Position numbers and translations under genes: made by a program
Notes under the pieces: model-generated
What the model saw: only the letters and a program-made list of their open reading frames with translations
What the model was told of the DNA's origin: nothing
Databases searched by the model: none
Shown: positions 26,317-34,258 of the stretch, one piece after another
Numbering within the stretch: the stretch's first letter is position 1
Layout: every line of letters starts with the position of its first letter
Source of the DNA: a virus
Lineage: Duplodnaviria > Caudoviricetes
IMG/VR virus record: IMGVR_UViG_3300018080_000179
Span: 1,122-65,121 of that record
Strand: one strand, 5' to 3'
Length of the DNA stretch: 64,000 nt

Positions 26317-28841
26317 GAGTTGCGGTACCGCAATCGGAGAAGGCAGTCGCCTCAGTGGGTGTGTTCGACGGCGACAAGCTTCTGATGGGCCGGAGGAGGG
26401 ATTCCAACAAGTACACGCTCCCCGGCGGACACTTCGAACCAGGTGAATACGCCCTTGAGGCAGGAATCAGGGAGCTTCAGGAAGAGGCTGGTATAGAGGT
26501 TGCCTCGCTTATCCCCCTCGGAATGAAACCCGTCAGGACGCCCGAGGGGGTTCTGGACATTCATGCCTTTGAATATCACTGCGACAAGACCCCCACCGTG
26601 AAATACGACCCCGACGAGGAAGTGAAGAAGTGGGAGTGGATAGACGTTTCAAACGGACTGCCGGAGGATGTTTTGAACAATCTTCATTCCAAAAAGAACG
26701 TGGTGCTGCAGCTTCTGGGACTCCAGAAATCCTTTGGGCTCTACATCACCGAGCCGGAATACTTCATAACCGACATTCTCAAGGCCCGTCCCCACAAGTA
26801 TATGCGGAAGTACAAGAAGGGCGACAAGTGGATCTATATCTACCATCAGGGTGACGAGCCCGGAAAGCGCCTCACCCCTGCACAGGTGGAGACCTTCCAG
26901 AAGTTGAAGGAAACGGGCCACGAGTCCTCCAAGCGCCTTCTTGACGGGGCTGAAGAGCACAAGGCTGAAAACATAAGGCGGCTGGCTGAGCTTCATGAGA
27001 CAGGGCATCCGGCGGCCACCGAATGGCTGAGAAGACATGCCCTTCTCGATATTGTTGAGCAGGGGCAGCTTGAACACGTAATAGACCCGGAGCGGGCCAA
27101 CGATCCGTTTCTCAGGGATTTGACCGATGACCAGAAGGCACGGGTGACCCATGAGATCGAGGTGGCCCTTCGGGACAGCATATTCGGGTATCTGGACGGC
27201 CACCGGTCCACACCCTTCTATACAAACCTTCAGCGGGACGGTGTGAACATCGCCAGCATAATGGAGGAGGTGGAGGTTGAGGATTCCCTGTCTGATATCA
27301 TATCCGCGCTGGACGAGGCTTTGAATCAGGTGGATGCAGCCCACCGTGGACTAAGCCCGCAAAACGCCAGAGCCCGTGATGCCGGGGGGTATGGAAACCT
27401 TGGCTTCAACACGGCCATGAATCGCCTCGTGGGCGCGTCTGCGCTCCCGGAGGAGGCGGAAGCCCTCCTTACCCGAACAGAGGCCACCAGAGGCCGGATT
27501 TCCATCGACACAGCCAAATTAAAGCGGGCCAAGCAGGAGCAGGAGCGCAGGCAGCGGGAGGAGGCTGAAAGGCTCCGCAGGGAGCATGGCGAGATAGTCG
27601 AGAAGCATGGTGAGTCGGCCAGGAAGATGATGTCCTATTACGGGGCCAGCCTGTCGGAGGCGGAGCAGGTAAAGCTGATGAAGGGCATCGACAAGTTTTT
27701 CGGCAAGGACTTCAAGTTTGATTCAATGGTGGAGGCCTTTCAGGGACACCCCGATGTTGAGATCAGGATAGAGCGGTCCATGATGGACGGCCTGATCGGG
27801 TATGGGGCCGGAGCCGGACAGAGAAGCATCAGCCTTCGGTTCACCTTCAAGGAGCGGTCCTCCGGGCGGAAGATAACGGCTGCCACAAGGCACATGAGCA
27901 AGTCGTCAAACGGGGCCATAGTGTGGCACAACGAGGTTTTGAACAGGGCCAAAAACAACGACCTTGCCAAATACCCCAAAATGGCCACAGGGCTTTATGG
28001 TGGCGTGGAGCGGTTCCTCAAGCAGGTAACCGCCAACTATTCACCAGCGGCCAAGAAGGACACCCTGATAGAAATAGGCGGGTGCGCCAACAGCGGCTTT
28101 GGAAACGGCTACAAGGGTGCCCTGGTCTGGACCAAGCACTTCTTCGACTTTCCTCCTGCAAATAAAGACCGGTATCTTGGCAGTTGGAAGGACACCTGGA
28201 AGCGAAGCATCGACAAATATGCCAGGGCCCTCGGGACACCGGCATCAGAAGTTGCTGAATTAAAAAGGAAAATAGACTCGGCAGAATATCCATATCAGTT
28301 CACCAAGACCGGTTTTGTTCTTACAAGGGAACAGGCAGAAAAGGTTTTGAGGGCTGATCGCAAAAATCTTGACTTCGACTTCAACCAGCTTCTAAAGAAG
28401 AGGTCCAAGGGCGGCACCGCCACTCCGTATATTGACATTGGTGAATTGATAATGATTCACAGCAAGACGTCGTGGGGGGATGCCAAAAACTACATAAACA
28501 GGACCACAGGGCGTGCGGGGCACTTGAACGAACAGCGTACAAAGATGTACAACAGGCAGCAGCAGGTTGCGGCGGAGAAAAGGTTCCTGACGGGAACGGG
28601 AACGTCACGGCCAAGAACCCCCACCGCCACAACAAGAACCTCCACTGGAAACAGGGGAGCGGACGCAATGCGTGCCTGGGCACCCGGTGGGAGCCGCCGA
28701 AGGATAGCCATAACGGAACCCCGGCTGGCTGAAATAAGAACCTGGACTTCAAACGAGATTCGGGATTTTGTACGAAGGGCTCCGATCACGGATGCCGCAC
28801 GGGCACGGATCAGGGCGATATTGGGAGGCAGGAATGCTTGA
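26313..28841 (+). CDS. multidomain head-associated protein: Nudix hydrolase + HKY module + possible GNAT-like domain
   Basis: Complete Nudix box GGHFEPGEYALEAGIRELQEEAGI; LQK|S...ILK|A linker then RPHKY module; GYKGALVWTKHFFDF near the C-terminus. Confidence 0.8.
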   Translation: MRVAVPQSEKAVASVGVFDGDKLLMGRRRDSNKYTLPGGHFEPGEYALEAGIRELQEEAGIEVASLIPLGMKPVRTPEGVLDIHAFEYHCDKTPTVKYDPDEEVKKWEWIDVSNGLPEDVLNNLHSKKNVVLQLLGLQKSFGLYITEPEYFITDILKARPHKYMRKYKKGDKWIYIYHQGDEPGKRLTPAQVETFQKLKETGHESSKRLLDGAEEHKAENIRRLAELHETGHPAATEWLRRHALLDIVEQGQLEHVIDPERANDPFLRDLTDDQKARVTHEIEVALRDSIFGYLDGHRSTPFYTNLQRDGVNIASIMEEVEVEDSLSDIISALDEALNQVDAAHRGLSPQNARARDAGGYGNLGFNTAMNRLVGASALPEEAEALLTRTEATRGRISIDTAKLKRAKQEQERRQREEAERLRREHGEIVEKHGESARKMMSYYGASLSEAEQVKLMKGIDKFFGKDFKFDSMVEAFQGHPDVEIRIERSMMDGLIGYGAGAGQRSISLRFTFKERSSGRKITAATRHMSKSSNGAIVWHNEVLNRAKNNDLAKYPKMATGLYGGVERFLKQVTANYSPAAKKDTLIEIGGCANSGFGNGYKGALVWTKHFFDFPPANKDRYLGSWKDTWKRSIDKYARALGTPASEVAELKRKIDSAEYPYQFTKTGFVLTREQAEKVLRADRKNLDFDFNQLLKKRSKGGTATPYIDIGELIMIHSKTSWGDAKNYINRTTGRAGHLNEQRTKMYNRQQQVAAEKRFLTGTGTSRPRTPTATTRTSTGNRGADAMRAWAPGGSRRRIAITEPRLAEIRTWTSNEIRDFVRRAPITDAARARIRAILGGRNA
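26319..26334. promoter_or_regulatory. 16-bp palindrome (copy 3, one terminal mismatch)
   Basis: GTTGCGGTACCGCAAT, just after the start codon of the Nudix gene. Confidence 0.45.
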
Positions 28842-29043
28842 AGAAATTGATGCTGGCGTGGAGCATGACTTTGTGAATCTGGTTGAGCAGAATTACTCAC
28901 AGGGCATGTTTGAACGGAATGCGAAGATCATGCTTGGCGAGAACTGGAAGGAAGACGGCGGGGAGATAATAGATTCCTATGCTCCCGAACTCATGGACAC
29001 CTTTAAGAAGTACCTGAATGACGATAACCAAACGACAGCTTGA
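28834..29043 (+). CDS. small acidic protein
   Basis: ATG after GGGAGG, overlapping the upstream stop. Confidence 0.65.
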   Translation: MLEEIDAGVEHDFVNLVEQNYSQGMFERNAKIMLGENWKEDGGEIIDSYAPELMDTFKKYLNDDNQTTA

Positions 29044-29968
29044 GGATATACTTCGAAGAATCAACGAACGGTTCATGGGCTTTTCACACGAGGCGCTTGG
29101 ACCGAGAGCTCTTACCAACGACGAGATGGAGACACTGAGGAGGGCCGGGGTGCTGAAGGCGGGGACAAGAAACATGGTTGCTGATCCGGCAGCCTTCGGT
29201 CGTTTGACCGCCATGCTTCCCTTGAGCGCGACTGCCCGGATAACCTACGAGGATCTGAAGCGCATGGTTCGTGAGGGCGCGGTGGCACAGACCGGCGTGG
29301 AGACAGCCGCCATTGAATATGCCCAGGAGCATGCTGGAGAATACATCCGGGGCCTTCGTGACTCGATGGTTCGGGACGCACGGGCCGGAAGGTCAAGGGC
29401 TGCAATATCTGCCCAGCGTGCGGTTCAGGAAGGTGTGAAGACGGCCATAGCAAAGCGGCAGACCGTCAGTGAATTGAAGACAGCCCTTTTTGATGCCCTT
29501 GACGACAGGGGCCGCGACTGGCACAGGGTCGCACAGACTGAAATCAACAACGCCATCCAGCACGGGGTCTACAGGCGAATCCGCGAGGTGTCCGACGCGG
29601 ATGAAGACCAGAGGGTCTACAAGCGTCCGGCTCCTGATGCGTGTCCATGGTGCAAAAAGCTGTATCTGGAAGAGGATGGGGTTACCCCCAGAATATTCAA
29701 GATGCGTGAACTGGCGGACAGCAACTTCGGTCGCAAGGCACGCAACTGGCTTCCCACGATAGGGAGTGTCCACCCCTTCTGCCGGTGCCAGCTTTCGGTC
29801 GTTCCGAAGGATTACGGCTTCAAGAAGTTCCCGGTTGCGAAGGAGGCCTTTGAGTTTGATTCGCAGAAATTCAAAACAGGTGAATTGATACCTGATGAAA
29901 TATTTGACCGTCTTGGTAGTCTGAAGAACAAGACGCGGCAGGAAGCAATTCTCAGCTATGAGGGATAA
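29018..29968 (+). CDS. MuF-like (SPP1 gp7/Mu F) head morphogenesis minor capsid protein
   Basis: RDWHRVAQTE, DACPWC and VHPFCRC motifs. Confidence 0.88.
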   Translation: MTITKRQLEDILRRINERFMGFSHEALGPRALTNDEMETLRRAGVLKAGTRNMVADPAAFGRLTAMLPLSATARITYEDLKRMVREGAVAQTGVETAAIEYAQEHAGEYIRGLRDSMVRDARAGRSRAAISAQRAVQEGVKTAIAKRQTVSELKTALFDALDDRGRDWHRVAQTEINNAIQHGVYRRIREVSDADEDQRVYKRPAPDACPWCKKLYLEEDGVTPRIFKMRELADSNFGRKARNWLPTIGSVHPFCRCQLSVVPKDYGFKKFPVAKEAFEFDSQKFKTGELIPDEIFDRLGSLKNKTRQEAILSYEG

Positions 29969-29971
29969 GTC

Positions 29972-32101
29972 ATGCGTGGACACAAATACATCAAGCGAAC
30001 GGGTGGGCCTGGCAATTACAAGTATTGGTACAAACTGCCGGACGGCTCCATGTCTGCAGGGTCGGAGGCGGATCAGAAGCGTGGAAAGGTGGAGCATGTA
30101 AAGCGTCTGCTTGCGGGCAAGCGGGATGGTGTTCACAACATGACCCATGCTGAAATAGCGCAGCAAACCGGTCACCCAAGGCAGAGGGTCACGAGCGCTG
30201 CCTCCAATATGCAGACCCGTGGGGGCCATGACTTTGACTCCCATCACAAGCTGGAGGCGACACACGATGATGTCGATTCCGGAACCTACATAAGAAAAAT
30301 CACAACCAAGCATGGTCCTGCAGCGGCAGACCATGGAACGGTTGCTGAATCCAGAAGGGCTAGAGACAGGGCACGAAGCGCCCCTGCTGAAGCGGCGGCT
30401 CGTGGCCGCAGGTCGGCAGCAGGAGAAACTCTGACTCCATCTGTAAAGGAGGAGTTGAGAACAGCCCTTGGTGGGATAACTGAAGAGCAGTTGCTGGATG
30501 AAATACGAAGGGTCCGGGAAAGGGGTGGCTACAGTCTTAGAGAGGCCATCCCTGTTATCAGAAGAAATGCTGGTGGCATACAGGCCAGGCGGAATCGTGA
30601 GTCCAGGGCCGCAGCACGAAGGGCTCCTGCTGAAGCAGCGGCCACACCCAGAACCCCACAGGTTGCAGAAGGTGCTGCCGGTGCGACTCCCTTGGGAATG
30701 GCAAGGATATCCCCTGAAGAGGCGAGGCGTGAGGCACAGCAGGCCGGAAGCGCCAGAGAAACAAAGGCACAGAAACAGGCTCGGCTGATAGCCGAACTGA
30801 AGGAAAGCGGAATCGACCTTTCTGATTCTCCAGAGGGTCCGGCAGCGGTTCGTGAGGCGGCTGAACGTGTAGGCACGACTCCAGCCCCGGCAGCGGCTCC
30901 CCCAGCGGAAGAGGGTGCGGCGGCCCGTGATCTTTCCGAAGCCGATCCCGCGCTTGCAGAAGCGGAGACAGCGGTTCAGGCCGCCGTTGATGCACAGCGC
31001 AATGGAGAGAACCCTTACCTGAAAAGGTCGAAGGAAATATACGAGCGGATCAAGGGTGAACTGAAGCCGGAACGCGCCAAGGCAATCAAGCACATGTTGG
31101 CAGCTTATGAGACCAGGTTGCGCGGGGGTGCCATAAATGAGGCGGGCTGGAAGGCCCAGTATAATGCGATAAGAACGGAGATGGGCGGAACAAGCAGTGG
31201 CCTTCCTCCATGGTCTGGTGCAAAGAAGCATTTTGAATCTGGTACCTTCCACACCATGGATGAGGTGATAAACAACCCACCGATCAATCTTGAAGTGGAG
31301 AGAATGAAACGCGGCTATGCTGCGAAGCAGTTTCACAGACTAAAGCCATTCTTGAAGGACGCGTGGGCGCAGGCAAATCCCAGTGCCCCTCCGCCCATGC
31401 CCACCTTCGGCGATCTGAAAAGCTGGAGCGAGGTTCCAGGTGGCAAGACGCCATACGCACAGTCGGTAAACCCAAGGGGCCGCACAGCCCTTCCAGACGA
31501 GGTACACAAGGCTGTAGTCAAGGGTGCGGACGGCAAACCGAAACTTCCTCCACCCTGGATGCCGATCCACCTGATGCCAGCGTGGAACTATGTGGTGGCC
31601 AAGACAGGCGGGGCCGGTTCTGCTTATGGCGGACAGCGTCCACAGGTCGATCCTTCGGGCAAGCTGTCCACAACGGCACAGGCGAGATACCAGGAAGGGA
31701 TCGCCCTTTCGACCCTGAGAAAATATGTGGTAATGCGGGGAGGCCCGGATCAGCTTATTGACATCCCGTCTTCGAAGCTCGCGGGTTCGCAACTGTCACA
31801 CGCACAGATTTTCAAGGCGGACAACCTGTCGGATGCTCAATTGAAGAACATCCTGAAGACCAAGGTCATCGACCCTGTTTCCTTCATTGGATTTCTCAAG
31901 AAGGAGTTGAAGATCAAGAAGTCATTTTCCCTGGTCGTGAGCAAGTCCGAGACCTATACACCGGGGGAGACTTTGGGTTATAATGGGGACATCAGGAAGA
32001 GCTCTCCAACCCAGCCCGGTATCGTTATTGATCTGAAGAAAGCTGAAAAGATAAGAAAAATCAAAGGAATACTCCATGATCGTAAAGTGTCCCAACTGTA
32101 G
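29972..32101 (+). CDS. large Ala/Arg-rich putative head-internal protein with an N-terminal HKY module
   Basis: MRGHKYIKRTGGPGNYKYWY; C-terminal IKK|S, VSK|S, IRK|S and LKK|A cluster. Confidence 0.75.
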   Translation: MRGHKYIKRTGGPGNYKYWYKLPDGSMSAGSEADQKRGKVEHVKRLLAGKRDGVHNMTHAEIAQQTGHPRQRVTSAASNMQTRGGHDFDSHHKLEATHDDVDSGTYIRKITTKHGPAAADHGTVAESRRARDRARSAPAEAAARGRRSAAGETLTPSVKEELRTALGGITEEQLLDEIRRVRERGGYSLREAIPVIRRNAGGIQARRNRESRAAARRAPAEAAATPRTPQVAEGAAGATPLGMARISPEEARREAQQAGSARETKAQKQARLIAELKESGIDLSDSPEGPAAVREAAERVGTTPAPAAAPPAEEGAAARDLSEADPALAEAETAVQAAVDAQRNGENPYLKRSKEIYERIKGELKPERAKAIKHMLAAYETRLRGGAINEAGWKAQYNAIRTEMGGTSSGLPPWSGAKKHFESGTFHTMDEVINNPPINLEVERMKRGYAAKQFHRLKPFLKDAWAQANPSAPPPMPTFGDLKSWSEVPGGKTPYAQSVNPRGRTALPDEVHKAVVKGADGKPKLPPPWMPIHLMPAWNYVVAKTGGAGSAYGGQRPQVDPSGKLSTTAQARYQEGIALSTLRKYVVMRGGPDQLIDIPSSKLAGSQLSHAQIFKADNLSDAQLKNILKTKVIDPVSFIGFLKKELKIKKSFSLVVSKSETYTPGETLGYNGDIRKSSPTQPGIVIDLKKAEKIRKIKGILHDRKVSQL

Positions 32102-32276
32102 GGATAATCTGGTGAAGAGCACCGACACTGAAGTCAAGATGCGGGTGGCTTTGGTTAAATGGAACAAGGACGGGGTCTTTGCGGTCTGCAAAGCCTGCAA
32201 GACCGACGTCGAGATAAGCCCGGACGTCTTGAAGTCGATCAATACCAAATTCACCTTTGAAACCAAAAAAGGGTAG
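32076..32276 (+). CDS. zinc-ribbon protein (possibly Com-like)
   Basis: KCPNC...VCKACK; 66 aa. Confidence 0.75.
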   Translation: MIVKCPNCRDNLVKSTDTEVKMRVALVKWNKDGVFAVCKACKTDVEISPDVLKSINTKFTFETKKG

Positions 32277-32332
32277 ACGCAGAAGAGATCCGAATATAGA
32301 CTTTATACAGGTGAGCAACAGAGACTCGGAAT

Positions 32333-32370
32333 GAGGGAGTAGTTGCGGTGACGCGATTATTCCCTTTTCT
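32333..32370 (+). promoter_or_regulatory. 15-bp RNA stem-loop with a GUGA tetraloop next to the protease RBS
   Basis: GAGGGAGTAGTTGCG-GTGA-CGCGATTATTCCCTT pairs fully when G-U is allowed; followed by TTCT. Confidence 0.65.
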
Positions 32371-32382
32371 TATGGGGACTCC

Positions 32383-33195
32383 ATGAACGATTTTTTCATT
32401 TCCAAGAGTGATTTTCGTATATGGCTGCCGGATGTGGAATTTGACTTTGAGAAGGCAGACAAGGACGAAGGCCACGACTCCCGAAAAATCATAGGCACCA
32501 TGAACACCTCCACCAAGGATCGCCAGGCAGAGAATGTCATGGCAAAGGGGCTCGACTTCAACCCCTTCCTTCAGCATGGACACTTCAATGACAATCATGA
32601 CCAGTCCACATCGGCGGTCGTTGGGTACCCCGAACGGGTATACTATTCGGATCAGATCCAAACCAAAAAGGGTGTGACCGAGGGCTGGCTTACCGAGGGA
32701 TGGATCGTCAAGGGGACCAAAAGGGCTGACGGCATCTGGGAACTGGCGAAGGCGCTGGCAAAAACCCCGGATCGCAGGTTGGGCTTCTCCATCGAGGGCA
32801 AGGTTCTCAGAAGGTCCAACAAGGTGATCGAGAAGGCGCTGATCAAAAACGTGGCCATCACCAACTGCCCGGTAAACACCGACTGCACCTGGGACGTTTT
32901 CAAGAAGAGTTTTTACAGCGAGGAGATGGCCATCAAGTCGCTGTCTGCTGGCTACGCAACATCCCCCGCCACACAATCCGGCGGCGGAGCCCTTCGGACA
33001 GAAGACCTTGACCAGGAAGACGACAAGAAGCCTGGAAGGAAGGGCAAGGGTCTGAAGATCATACTGCGCTCAATGGGTCTTGACCCTGACAATATTCAAA
33101 AGGCCTACGATTGGGTGAAGGAAAGTCGTCCCGACTTCACTGATGAAGCGGCGGCGGAAGTGGTTAGGTGGATCATTTCAAGCAAAGGAGAATAA
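32383..33195 (+). CDS. prohead (capsid maturation) protease
   Basis: DRQAENV...GLDF...GHFNDNH (His), LGFSIEG (Ser), NVAITNCPVN; SPO1/Twort-like. Confidence 0.93.
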   Translation: MNDFFISKSDFRIWLPDVEFDFEKADKDEGHDSRKIIGTMNTSTKDRQAENVMAKGLDFNPFLQHGHFNDNHDQSTSAVVGYPERVYYSDQIQTKKGVTEGWLTEGWIVKGTKRADGIWELAKALAKTPDRRLGFSIEGKVLRRSNKVIEKALIKNVAITNCPVNTDCTWDVFKKSFYSEEMAIKSLSAGYATSPATQSGGGALRTEDLDQEDDKKPGRKGKGLKIILRSMGLDPDNIQKAYDWVKESRPDFTDEAAAEVVRWIISSKGE

Positions 33196-33198
33196 GCG

Positions 33199-33426
33199 AT
33201 GTCAGAAGCACAGGAAATCGGACGCCTGCCCGCAGAGGAAGTCGGACAGGACCACATCCTTGATGACCCTACAAAGGGTTTTCAGGCTGTGTTGACGAAA
33301 CAGGACGAGATCATTGATCTTCTCAAGGCTTTGACTGCCAAGCTGGACGCAGACGGCGGTGTGAGTGACACGGACTTCGCGTCCCTTCTCACCGACGACC
33401 TGAACAAACTTGGCTTTAGTTTATAA
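33199..33426 (+). CDS. small acidic head-associated protein
   Basis: LTAKLDADGGVSDTDF motif typical of capsid-adjacent small proteins; SD AAGGAG. Confidence 0.7.
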   Translation: MSEAQEIGRLPAEEVGQDHILDDPTKGFQAVLTKQDEIIDLLKALTAKLDADGGVSDTDFASLLTDDLNKLGFSL

Positions 33427-33439
33427 AGGGAGGTTTCTC

Positions 33440-34246
33440 ATGCAAGTAACAAAGGAAGATGTGACCAACGCCCTTTCCTCTCTGGGAAACGTCCCTGCAG
33501 CAGGTGGCGAAGGCACAGACGTCAGCAAGAGTGGAGATGGTTCGCCAACTTCAACTCCCGGCGTGTCAACCAATGGTGACCTCAATTCTGCCAACGGCGC
33601 GGCGACTGGTGGCGGAGACGACGGTTCCCTCGGAGCACCCGGATCGGACATGAGCGACAAGGCAGGAAAGGGAAAGGTGAAGCCAGAGGCCAACAAGTCA
33701 ACTCCACCCCCGGAATTCCAGCAGGGTCTTCCATCGGAAGTTGAAACCAAGGTCGAGGTTTCCGAATTCCTGAAAAGTCTTGTCGATCACACGGCTACTC
33801 AAATCAACGGTCTGCGTGACTTCGTCGTGAAGTCGGATGCGGCGTTTGAGGCGAGGACAGAGGACATCCTTGACTCCTTCGCGGGGCTTGAGAAGTCCAT
33901 GGCCAACATCGGTGTTGTTCTCAAGGCTGTATGCGAGCGCATCGGCATCATAGAGAACCAGCCCCAGATGGCCAAGTCCCAAACGGCTGAAGGCCAACCG
34001 GCTGGCCAGCCTGTCCAGAGAACGTTTGAGGCTCCTCAGGGAGACACAGCCGCTGCTCCGCAGGGTGCTTTCTACAAGAGTCTTGAAGGAAAGTCTCCGG
34101 ACGAAGTCAGGAAGTCGATCTCCAATTCAATGATTGAATTGGTCAAGAAGGGCGAACTTGAAGACACCGATGTCATCAACTTCGACACATACAACTACGT
34201 ATCAGCGGAAGCGGACACCAAGCTCCGTGCCATGCTGAACAACTAG
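33440..34246 (+). CDS. scaffold/core protein
   Basis: Between the protease and MCP; low-complexity N-terminus; nine KS sites. Confidence 0.8.
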   Translation: MQVTKEDVTNALSSLGNVPAAGGEGTDVSKSGDGSPTSTPGVSTNGDLNSANGAATGGGDDGSLGAPGSDMSDKAGKGKVKPEANKSTPPPEFQQGLPSEVETKVEVSEFLKSLVDHTATQINGLRDFVVKSDAAFEARTEDILDSFAGLEKSMANIGVVLKAVCERIGIIENQPQMAKSQTAEGQPAGQPVQRTFEAPQGDTAAAPQGAFYKSLEGKSPDEVRKSISNSMIELVKKGELEDTDVINFDTYNYVSAEADTKLRAMLNN

Positions 34247-34258
34247 GAGGAATGAACC

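Noticed and set aside
29393-31336. 647-aa minus-strand ORF (likewise 13657-14715, 44736-45884 and 54099-55529)
   Set aside because: Antisense shadows of well-supported + strand genes, expected from codon bias; composition is not protein-like.
32341-32358. Possible fourth copy of the GTTGCGG palindrome
   Set aside because: Only the left arm matches; it is better explained as part of the RNA stem-loop at 32333-32366.
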